Shown here piece by piece: positions 49,901 through 61,900 of a DNA stretch of 64,000 nt (position 1 is the first letter of the stretch; each line of letters starts with the position of its first letter). Below the pieces are notes generated by a model, which had not been told where the DNA came from, made no database searches, and was given only the letters and a program-made list of their open reading frames with translations. Origin of the DNA: Owenia fusiformis (taxonomy: Eukaryota); assembly GCA_903813345.2 (NCBI GenBank), contig CAIIXF020000001.1, positions 41,540,001 through 41,604,000 on the forward strand, in the 5' to 3' direction. The translations under genes and the position numbers were made by a program.

Positions 49901-52900
49901 TTTAATACCAAATTATTTAATCTATATGAATACTTAAAGAGGGCAATATATATTTCAAGTTTACTATTAAGCCTCTAGAATACAATTGATTAGCAAAAAT
50001 AAGTTCTTCCTAATAAGCAATTTGTATCATGCCTGGAATCACTCTCATCTTTGGAAACCAGGGTTCTATACCTTTGACTGGTTTACAATATAATTTCATT
50101 AGAAGATCAAACCTTCTCGCTGATACCTATGAACATATATGCAAAGAGAAATTGGCGGAAGCCACCATCATAGTCCCAGATCACATCAGATTAAGCGAAT
50201 TTCACCTTTTTCGGACCAGATACAAATCCTACACTGAAAATGGTTTTGTCAGATATAACCTTGGCATTATTCAAAGGCTACAAAAAGAATGTAGAGACAT
50301 AACAGATTTCTTTGAATTTAGAGATATACCTTCCACGCTTCAGTCAAAATGTCTCGTAACAATCCAAAACCAAGTGACATTCCCTGATATTAGTAATCTA
50401 CCCCTTCCAATATCCCTCCAACAACGGTTGAAATTCGCGGATTTTTAAATTTATTTCTCATCTCAACATTCAAAAATCCACATGCAACAATAAGCTTCTT
50501 TTCTATTCGAAAAAAAATGGCTTAAAATATACAAACAAAGAAAAAAATTGATAATGGACTCATTTTAACTAGGGAATATTTAGAACGCTCCACAAGTAAC
50601 TCATGGGTCGAAGATAAACGGTATTAAAAGGCCCATATAGATACAAATAAACTTGAAAATGACTCTCACACTTCAGTAAAGACGCATCGGTACTCGTACA
50701 TCACTTTGTTCTTGAACAAGGACCTACTTCACCTAGCCATAATTGCATGTAATCTCGACGCAATCAAACTCATCTTTCTATTACCTAGTTCAAACTATTT
50801 CTAGTCAAACGGCTGCTCAACTGTCCCTCAAAAATAATTCAATATTGACATGAAACAAAACAAAATGAAAACAAAAAGAAAAAAAAAAAGAAAGAAAATA
50901 GAATGAGTAAATGATAAGGAGAAGAACCTCTTTATATACAGATATATTTAGAATTTTAATAAACGATATACCATTAACATATCCCTGTTCGCGGGTCTAA
51001 AAAGTGAATAATGCGCATATAAAATGTAATAGGTGGCCACCTTCATATCATATGGATGCTTCATATAATTATCTACTTTCCTTCAAAAGGACAGATTCAC
51101 TCTCCGCGCGGAGAATTATAATAAACAATTATTTAAACCCAAGCATCCTAAGAGAAACGAGGTTAAAACAAAACAGCAAACAAAAGAGACCGGCCATTAG
51201 ATATACAGGGCCCGATATTTAAAATCTACTTTATTGCCCAAGCTAAAAACCTGCGCGAAAAATCACTGCGTCCCTATCGACCCATTGTGTCAAATATTTA
51301 AGGAATAAAATACGAACATGCATTACACACACACACACACACACACACAATTGAGCAGCCTACACGATATTGAAAATCCCAGGCCCACAAGGTCAAAAAG
51401 AAGAAACTCTATAATAAACAAAAAAAGCCTAAAATCTAACCTCATGACGCAACGCCAGCATCACGTGACCACAGTTCATGCAAGACTCATATATTTATTG
51501 CCCAACCCAAGCCACTTCAACATTGCTCCTCGGGATCACCACCAAGACACATCTAAGCCACTAACACATTAATTCTTTGAATCAACACCAAGACACGTCA
51601 CGCACCATGGACACAGCAATGGACAAATTGGTAAGTCTCTGTTTAATTTTACTTACTACTACAAGTACTCATTGCCTAGACCTACCACCCTCTATGCAAA
51701 TTAGCCAAGACACTTCTATGCCTACTAGTCTTTTAAATAGATTGAATTTTGGAGTTATAATTAAGCGACAAGGACTTATGACACCGTCAAACGACGATTA
51801 TTGGCAACATAGTTTCGGGCTCAAAAGATTTTCGCTTCCAAATATACTACGAAGAACTCCTAAAGTCAGATGCAATACTCTTTTTCACAAAGAATTCTAT
51901 AATGACTGCGAACAAATAGCATCCCTTTTAATTGATTATGCACCGCTCATCCAACATACGGCGGACAAAATTCATTCCTGTACTTTGGATATCGATAATC
52001 TACTCCCAAAAACTCACAAAGTCACTCTTAACACTAATCGACGACATCGTCGAGGATTATTAAACTTCGGCAGTGAAATACTTTCAGCGCTAATTGGAAC
52101 ACCTTCACGCAAAGAAATATCAAATGTTTGGAGACATCTCCAAGAAATTGAAAAGGTCATTAACTCTACTTCTGAAAACACGGTACAATACAGACAACAC
52201 CTCTCCTCATACATGATCACCAATAATAAGCGACTAGATAACTTGAACCATGCAACTGCCAATAACCACGCAGCATTTCAAAACATTTATAATACCATAA
52301 CAAATTTAACTTCAGTTCTAGCCTCGCAGGGCCGCTACTATGATAAACTCTCATTGGCCTTACAAATAAACTCTGAATTACTAAAAATGATCCTTAGATT
52401 CTGTGTGCTTCAACTTTCAGCCCTCCAGCAACACGAAATTGAATGTAATCAACATCTAAGTGCAATATCCCAATTAGTACAAGGTAGTCTGCCACCCCAT
52501 TTAATTTCTCCCTCAACACTGAAATTGGCCCTGTCAGATATCCAATCTACCCTTCGCTCCTCACATCCCAATTTTCGAATATCCTACTTGGATCCCCATT
52601 ATTACTACAAAAATAGTAACCCCACCTTTCTGGTCACCGAGAATACAATAACAATTTCGATTAGAGTCGCCATTTCAAGCTCCGATTATCTCTTCAATCT
52701 ATATCAGATGCACCACATGCATATGCCAATTCCGCTCGATTTAAGTAATAAACGGACCCCAAACCACTCCACGTCAATTTCAGACCTTTCCCCTTATTTC
52801 GCCATATCTCATGATTTAGATTTCTACATAGAACTAAATTTGCAACAATTTTCTGACTGCACCGGATCTCACCTACTACATTGTACAACCGTCTTCAATC

Positions 52901-55900
52901 TAAAACAAATTTCTACTCAGCCCTCGTGTAACTCAGCACTATTCTTTAATGATCCCATTCAAATAAATAAACTATGCTCGTTTATGTACCATATTAACGC
53001 CCCACAATCAGATCAAATAATCACGCTAACGCCAACTAAATCGCTTATACATTCTAATGATAAATTCTGGACCATTAGATGTGATGATTCAATGCCGAAA
53101 AGGGTTCCAGCGTGCAGGGGGGTTTGTATTATAACCAGGAAATGCCATTGCTCCTTGGAAGGTCAAAATTTCATCTTACCCAAAACCCTCTCAAGCTGCA
53201 ATCACACCTCGAAGTCATTCGTTTCAAGGGCACACCACTTCAATTTAGCCTTTCTACAGACTTTCGACTACAATTTAACCTCTTTAAAGAAACTGTCAGC
53301 ATCATCCCACTTGACTTCAGATCTATCAGTACAACTACCCAACCTTACTTTCTACTCTGCGGACTGGAATAAGGTCTTAATGACTTCCAAAACAACTTCA
53401 TTTAAAATGTCACGACTAACCGAAGCCCTTAAAAATACGGATGTACCATTTTTGTCACCTATCGATCAAGTACAACATGTCCAAACGGACTTATCAGGAT
53501 TAAGGGAACCACTCAGTTGGCTATCAGACAAATCACTATCATCCATTACCCTGATCTCAATCATCTTGGCTCTAGTATCGTTTGTAATGTCATCTTATTT
53601 ATTCTGTCGTATAGTATGTTGTGTTGCACTCATACCGCAACCAGCCAAGGCGGCCACATTGTTCCTACCCACGGATCACCCAGTATTCGCACCAACAGTT
53701 CCCCTCCCACAGCAAGCAGCCTTCCCTTCTAATATTCTGTCTATTTTAAGCTTTATACTATCCTTGTATATAACATACAAACTCTTCAAAAAGCTGACTG
53801 GTATCATAAGGGCCTTCCGTAGATACTTCTGCCTCAGGAATATCGCCTCATGTGAACTGAAATTATTGATGATGTGCCCCACCAACTATTGTATTGTATC
53901 GGTGACCAACATTCCACTGGATTACGTAAGTAACATCAAAAGCTCTACTGGAGGACCCGTAGACTGTAGCGTAAGTACACATGTACTCTGGCCCCACCTT
54001 GATATAGATTGGGCGGACATGACTATTCAAACTCTTGATCCAAATCTTGCAATCCAACTTCCTACTTCAATTCGAGTCCCACTCACTACGATATCCAGTC
54101 TCAACCAGGTCCTGAAACAAAAGCCAATATTCAGAATTATTATCAAGATTGATGGCCAACACTTATACGTACCGCACTTATAATTGTAAAGTAGACATTT
54201 ACATATATTTAGGGGACAAACATCACAAAATAAGCATATAGAAAGGACCTGCGTTCCGACAAAATTTGATATCTACAACATAATGCCGAAACAACACATT
54301 TCATGCCCCGTTTCAAGTGAACATATTTATATATCAAACTAAAACAAAGTCGTTCACATGGTTTATTCTCTTTACAGTGCACAATACTGAATGCTGCTTT
54401 GCCCGAGGAAGTCTGGGACGAGCTCGCCCAGCTACAATCCCAAGACGAAAATCAGACATCGCAAGTTGAGTTGCCCGAGCTGTGGCCAGCACCTTCAACA
54501 TCAGATAACCCTCCCATCCTCGAGGCCTTTACGACAGTTAACCAGGGAGCCACTCAGTGGGCCTCAACATCAAATGGCCCTCCTATCCTTCACCAAGAGG
54601 CGATGGGAGATGATCTAAAACTAACACAGCAGAACGACCAAGAAGCGGCGGTACAACTTCTTGAGCTGGGGTCAGTTACCTCACTAGACCCATTGGACGA
54701 GCTGATGAGGGACCTGGACTCGTCCCTGGAGGCCACAAACCGTATACCAATCGATGGGGCGTGGGATAGTACCCCCACTATCTCCATCCCCTTCGGAACC
54801 CCAGGGACGAGAGTAAATGCAATGTGCACTTTGTGCACAAACCCCACAATTCGTCAACGGGTAATAACCGACGCGGCCCCAACCCCTGGACAAACGCAGA
54901 CGGCGGTACTCTTCGCAGTACACCCTGGTACCAACTACCAGGCACTGTACTGTGAGGACTGCCGGTACATCACCATGTTTTCTATTTTCCCGTCTGCATA
55001 AATTCACTTAACTTCACAAACCCTACAGTCATATGGCCCAATCTCCCAAAAAGTAATCAGTTCAACATCGTCATAGAAATCATGCATAATCACGTCAATG
55101 AATTTTTCAAGTCACCCCTCAAAATTAAAATTAATCATCCCAATTTGCATGGCATTACACAGCTTATACCATTCCAGTTTTCATGCATAAAACCTATCAA
55201 ATCCAGTTTAATGATGCCCCTTACTTCCTGAGATACATTCGCTAAATCGGTCATAAATAGCTACGAATATTACCGAGGGCCATTTTGACCTGTACTTCCT
55301 GATGTTTACGTTCTACTTACGACTCACTTTCTTCTTTGACATTAATCAGACAAATAGGGCCTCCTCTGGAAATTGTTCGCCGCTCTTTCAGGAACACAAC
55401 TCTTTATATTCATTCTAGCTTCATTTGTACTTCAATGCAACGTATAGTTGATCCTTCGCTACTTTACACTGTTCTTACTGCTTAAATTAAATCAAATAGG
55501 ATAAATTCATCTGACCTATGTACTGTTACACCCACCAATTCGCGTTGTTATCACCTTTACAATGTGCTAAACTTATACCGCACTCGATAAGTACAACTTA
55601 TCGCGTGTCTCTTCAAAACTTACACAGTCCAGAGCCGAAATTATGCACTGTTAGAAAGTTCCGACCCGAACTATTCTGTTCATAAGTATTTGTTACAATG
55701 TGTCTGACACACCCCATACATCGTGATGTTCATCTCCCGTATATTTTCCAGGATCAATTCCGATATTCTTATTTTTCAATGGCTTATGTTGGTCCCCTGT
55801 GGGATTCCCAAGTATCAAATTGTTACACTAAAGCGATTTTATATTGACCATTCTAGATACTTTTATTCCGTTCTTCCTGACCCGTTATCTCACTTCTCAT

Positions 55901-58900
55901 TTGCTGGCTCTGGACAAATTTGCTTTACATTAGATTCCATAATTTGCCTTACTGGAAACAAGACTCAGGTCAAACGCTCCATAATTTACCGGTTCGAATA
56001 TCGAAATTTCTTCAACCATATTACGTTATAAAATAGTGCCACTGCAGTTCATGCTTTCGGAACCAACAAGGGGCAATATATATACACCTGACTCTTGCTT
56101 CATTTTTTGTGTCGGGCAGTTGCAGGCCCCACGGCAAATTATTATCTGGTAATACTGTACCACACGCCCATTATTGCAAAATGGGATTACAAATGAATCA
56201 ACTATTAGTTCGGCTTGGTCTTCCCACCACGTCTGATTATTTTATAATTACAGCCAATCAGTCAACGGGGCCATACGCGGTGGGAACACCATATTCGTAC
56301 TTTAGTTCATGCTTTGAGATTCAGCTCAGAGCCATAATGTAAGTTAACTTAAGCATACGAACTATATTTACATATTATTGTACATACAGAACTAACATAT
56401 ATATTACGAGTTTTAATGCAACAGGAAACGAGTTGAAACTCATATTTTCACTACTTAACGTACTATATTTTCACTTCATGCTCAGTTTATGTACCTTATG
56501 TCTCCACAATCATGAGTTTATCAGAATGCACGACAACCATAGCTTATTATATTTCAAGCATTCTGGGCTTCTAGTTATGAACACCAGTACCCTTAACAGA
56601 AATTGTTTATTCTCTTTTAGTGATTCTCGTGATTCTCCTATCGTTGAATTTGTTTGCCGTTTGTGCATACTGTTAATCTAAATTGTCACTCCATTCGACA
56701 GCAGCAAGTTATCATATAATACGTTAGGCGGTATTAAATCTAATCTAACCTCATGCCATCTCTTAAGGGTTCCATATGTGAACTGCACGTAAGTCAGTCT
56801 ATTCTGAAATTATTCGACGTGGTCGTATCATCATTTACATTATGCCACGTGATGCAACTTAGGAGCATGCTATTATTCCACTTCTTCAGTATCATGGTCC
56901 AATCTATGAGTAGCCAATTATCACTTGGTAGCCTATTACCCTCTTAAACACCAACTACAACGTTTGAAATCACCGAATGTTCAGGGCACCGGGTGTGCAC
57001 CATACAGACATTGTGCTCAGTGATGCAATATATTCACGGCCATTACCCTCAAACTCCGGCTTGCAATCAGGACACATAACGCCTTCAGGAAGGAGCGATT
57101 TCCGGGCTAGCACGACAGACCATCATCGTGCATGAACGTGCCTTTTCCTGAACTCCAACCGAACTCTATAAACGTTATCTTCTACAATTTACGCATGATA
57201 TGCGTGATGAACGACTCGACAAATTTATTGTGCAGGACACGGTTGTAAGAACTTATATATATCAACGACACTACGAATTTATTGTGCAGGGCACGGTCGT
57301 AAGAACTATTATATTTATATACGACACTACAAATTTATTGTGCAGGGCACGGCTGTAAGAACTACTATATATATCAATGTACTCAGTCCAGAATACGCCT
57401 AAGGATCAATCCCGGATCAATTGCGTTTATCGTATGTACAGCCCTCGACCACCACGCTGTACGACACGCAGGAGTCTCTCAGTGATATCCCATAATGAAC
57501 ATTATATCCAGGCGTATATCCATGAACAATACTAGGACAATTCGTAATGTCCAGTGTGTATAACCAACGATCATCCAGTTATACGCCACACAGCCGTCCG
57601 ACAACTTACATCCTCTGCCACAACTAGTTATACGGAACTCTGACACTTACGTCGTTGTGCATTCCGAGCTCGACGCTATCCATCTGGCGAGTGACTGTCG
57701 TCCTATCCCCATTACCACACCGTTCCGGTCCAAATACTGTGTCAGCTAGAACTTTACTCATTTGCCATCATGGGTAACATATACGCAGACCACTATCCCT
57801 AGTACTGGCTATCAATTATTCCAGAACTGCTCAATGGACTATTCTAATCTGCAATTATTTCTGTTGCATCACGGGGGCTAGTTTTCAATAATAGTATTCA
57901 CATACTTTGCTATTGCTCAATAACAGTGTTCACATACTTTACTGTTGCTCAATGATAGAGTTCACATACTTTACTATTGTTCAATAACAGTGTTCACATA
58001 CTTTACTGTTACTCAATAATAGAGTTCACATACTTTACTGTTATTCAATAATAGTGTTCACATACTTTACTGTTGCTCAATTACAGTGTTCACATACTTT
58101 ACTGTTATCTAATAATAGTGTTCACATACTTTACTGTTGCTCAATAATAGAGTTCGCATACTTTACTAATGCTCAATGATAGTGTTCACACATTTTACTG
58201 TTGCTATATATATATATATATATATCCATTGTATTTTATTTGTATATTACCAGAGGTACATGCTGTCTAATATTCCGTAAGGTTATACCATTGAATATCC
58301 CACGGGGCTTAGCTTATATAAAGATGGCTGCACCCGAGCCCAGTATTTTCTTCTGAATCCAAACCTATTAACACGCCAACTTTGTCTGGAAATTTGTTCC
58401 AATCATCTTGGCCCATGGTTTATTCAATGGAATAAAAAATAACAACTTATTCGCAAGATGAATAAGCTGTAATTATGGAATGTCTCTAAAACTATACATC
58501 CATTTCATATATATATACTATTACCGGTCACATTCCATTTAATACCATAGGTGTCCACCTCTCTTGGGTCATCTCATGCGCTCCTTGCACACGGGGCCGT
58601 GTGCCACCAACGGGGGGGCGTATGTTATGACTCAAGGGAACAGACACAATCATAAAAAAACCATAACAGTTATTTACATACATAATTAATTATTAACCCT
58701 GTACTGCCTGAACCTATGACCCTTCTTGCACTATGACATTGAATATTCATTTTACTTACCGTTGACCTAACATCTTAAACATTCATAAGGCACTGGCCAT
58801 TTACAATAAAATATATAAGGAACGGGAACTGGTCTCTAGGGAGTTCTCGAGGTAGCCAGGCAGTACAGGGATCTAATCTGTATATTGATATCACATTAAT

Positions 58901-61900
58901 TTACAACGAAATAAAGAGATAGAAATTATTTATTGATTTAAATCCTGAGTTGGTTGATAAGTATTTCGAGTAGGAAACAAGATTGTAATCACTAAAAAGT
59001 GATTACAACAAGAGGAAATTTCCATACAGTGTATGATGATTGAATGTTATAAATTTTGATTTTGATATTCAAGAGGATTTTTGTTAGGGAGAAAAAATGG
59101 TTGAACAGATTATAGAATGAGCAAAGGAATGTTCTTTGATAGAAAAGATTCCAATGTTTTATAGCAGCCCCTGGATGGCCATGAATAAAAACTGCATGTA
59201 TGGAGGTCAACTTAACTTTCAGGAAATGTCTCTCTCTATTGAAAATTCAGGAAACTCATATTTTGTACTATTACAGCCATTGTTTTCTAACTGATCAGAT
59301 ATCAATTGATTCCATTGTAGGAATTTTTGTATGCTTTTTATTAATCTCTGAGTCGTCTAATGAATTTTAAATAAAAAGTGCAATGTACATGTATTCTCAA
59401 ATAACCAAAAACCCTTGTCAAGTAGGTAGTTTATTTAACAATCATCATGTGATAGTTAAAACGTCCCTGAGTTACTTAGATTGATTGACTATAAATAGCC
59501 TGCTATTAAGCTTGTTAAGTAAGATTTTTAAGCACACAATGACAAAAAAATTTCCACCAAACTAAACTAATTCAATTTGGAGATCGACATTTTGTTCATG
59601 AATTGTTGTTACTCATGTATAAAAATCATCTCATATGTAAATAAATACAGTACTTTTAACAATGGATTTTAATGGATTAGCCCTGTTGAATGGAATGCGT
59701 GCCAATAAAACAATCATAATGAATGAATTGATATTTGTTGTAAATTGTAAATCCTTTATCTAAAGATTATCATTTTCAATAAATTAGAGAGTAACTTGTC
59801 TCAATTTCAATATTTGATACTGCGTTATCATGTAAGTAATTTTCTGCCCTTTATTGCAATAAAAAAATTGATAACAACTTCTCAATTGATATCTATCTAC
59901 GGTAGATGCTCCAAAACAAATCAAATTGAAAAGATCTGGTGATATATTTTGTACAATCTATATAATGCAGAGCTCTCACCAGAATTTATCCATGTTACTA
60001 GGTCTAAAATTCTAGTTACCACAGTTCTGACCAAAGGTAATTGGAATGTTCCAATTTTCTTTGTGCAAGCCAGTTTTTAAAATCTCATTTAATTAAACCC
60101 TTGGCTCAAGCACCCAGAGTGACAGATATTATCAGTCTCAGAATTTCTCATTATTTGACAAAGGACGATTCTCGGTTTGGAGAACGAAGTTCATCAATCT
60201 AAATGAGCATTATCCCTGCTTCAGACAAATTTGATTTTTTTACATAATATAGATTTGAATGTCTTCTTTTGAATAGTCATAATTTAATTTGGGTAATATT
60301 TCTAGATTTTTCGCAAAAAAATATTAGCGCAGTACACTGATGAACTTCTTTCCCCAAATCGAGACTTGTATTTTATTGAGTCGGTCTATTTGAGCATTAT
60401 CCCTGCTTCAGACCAATTTGTTATTTTTACATCTTGTAGATTTAAATGTCCTCTTTTGAATATTCATAGTTTAATTTGGGTAATATTTCTATATTTTTCA
60501 TGAAAAATTTTTTAGCCCAGGAGGCTGTTCTCCAAACCGAGAATCGTCCTTTTGTTTATTTCACACAAAATATATATAAAAATGTGTAATTTTTCTATGT
60601 TCGATAGAATTATCAAAATGAATACGAAACATTCATAAACATTCACGAAGCATATTAAGATAGACAAGAATAAGTAAAAATGAAAATTGCTCTGGTATCC
60701 AAGAAGTAAAAGGCAGAGGAGATCATTGAACTGCATCATTGGATCTTAAAGGGAAAACAGGTGGTTTTCAGGCAGACCAGGCTTACCCAGGCACCTAGGC
60801 ATCATGGACCTGTTGCACTTTTATTTTCCTAAACACCAAATGAAAATATGAAAATATATAAATTACAGGTGGCATACTCCTATAAAAAGCCTGGAAACGA
60901 GCAACCACCCTGTCAGGGTATGACATTAACACCGGTCTAGGGTTTCCTCTAATCTGGACCAGCTGATTTTTCAGCATGTGTAGGGAAATAACATTGGTCT
61001 ATAAGAACTTGATTTCAAAAAGGTTGTCTTATTCATTCGATTTTTGTTCTGATATCATGAAATTGTGCCATATTTGAAAACAAAATATCATTAAAGCAGC
61101 CTTTGTCCATATATCTGTTTTCTCTACGTCCTGCTTCAATTGCTTCATTTTCCTTTATGACAATGTTTACATTTTAATTTCAGAGGTGGTCCCTGAACAT
61201 TATTGGAGAGATTTGGCAGAAGAGAGAAGAGCAGCATTGAATGATTCACTGATTGAGAATGAACAGGTAAACAAGGAATATGAACTTATTTCTACAGAAT
61301 TGATTTTCTTTAGTGGGTAGGTGGTAAACAGTTGTTTTGTTAGCTAAACTATTCGAAAATATTATCTGGAGTACCTTGTTTTATTAAAAAAATGTTTGCG
61401 TTTCCAAAAAGTAAGTATTATTGAAAAAAATCAGATGGGTGATGTTGCAGTTGACAACATGCAGAATTTATCAGAAGAAACATTTCTAATAAACGTTTCT
61501 AATAAACTTATAACTTGGAGTGGATAACATAGAAATCTGGAATGTGATTGGAGTAATGAATACAAGTCATTTCTGAACAGAGAACAGATAACAGAGATCT
61601 GCTGTAGCTATAGATTTAATGTATAGAACTGAACCCATCTGTTGTATCATGCCTCCCACAAATACTTATATCAATTAGAACTAGGTAACCCTAATAGCCA
61701 CCTGTGTTCCTCAATTCCATTCTCACAGCATCATCACAGCAGAAAAATTGCAGAATTTACAAAATATTGAAGCATAGCTGAGCAATCTTACTTCAAAATA
61801 GGATATAACCTAAAATGGTAAAAAATTCTGATTTTCCATGTAGAATTTTGCCAAGATTTGCTCTTTTCATGCAGAAAACAGGAATCAGTGAATGGTAATT

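Larger units (their letters stand above)
42323..59010 (+). mobile_element. Env-encoding Gypsy/Metaviridae LTR retrotransposon, 16,688 bp, in a geminin intron
   Basis: TG..CA LTRs, 4-bp TSD AGAG (42319-42322, 59011-59014), PBS, PPT, uninterrupted gag, pol and env. Confidence 0.98.

Noticed and set aside
55723..56947. Short plus-strand ORFs in the proviral 3' region as more accessory genes
   Set aside because: 64-102 aa, mostly non-ATG starts, no motifs, composition like non-coding T-rich DNA.
57885..58204. 32-bp repeats as a CRISPR array
   Set aside because: Units are contiguous with no unique spacers, there are no cas genes, and the context is a eukaryotic retroelement.
5780..59014. Shared target sequence (A)AGAG for the DNA element and the provirus
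   Set aside because: Different integration chemistries and a very short match; coincidence is likely.
60746..60952. Kolobok-like MITE (TTAAAGGGAAA..TTTCCTCTAA)
   Set aside because: Terminal match is too short and degenerate to support without other copies.
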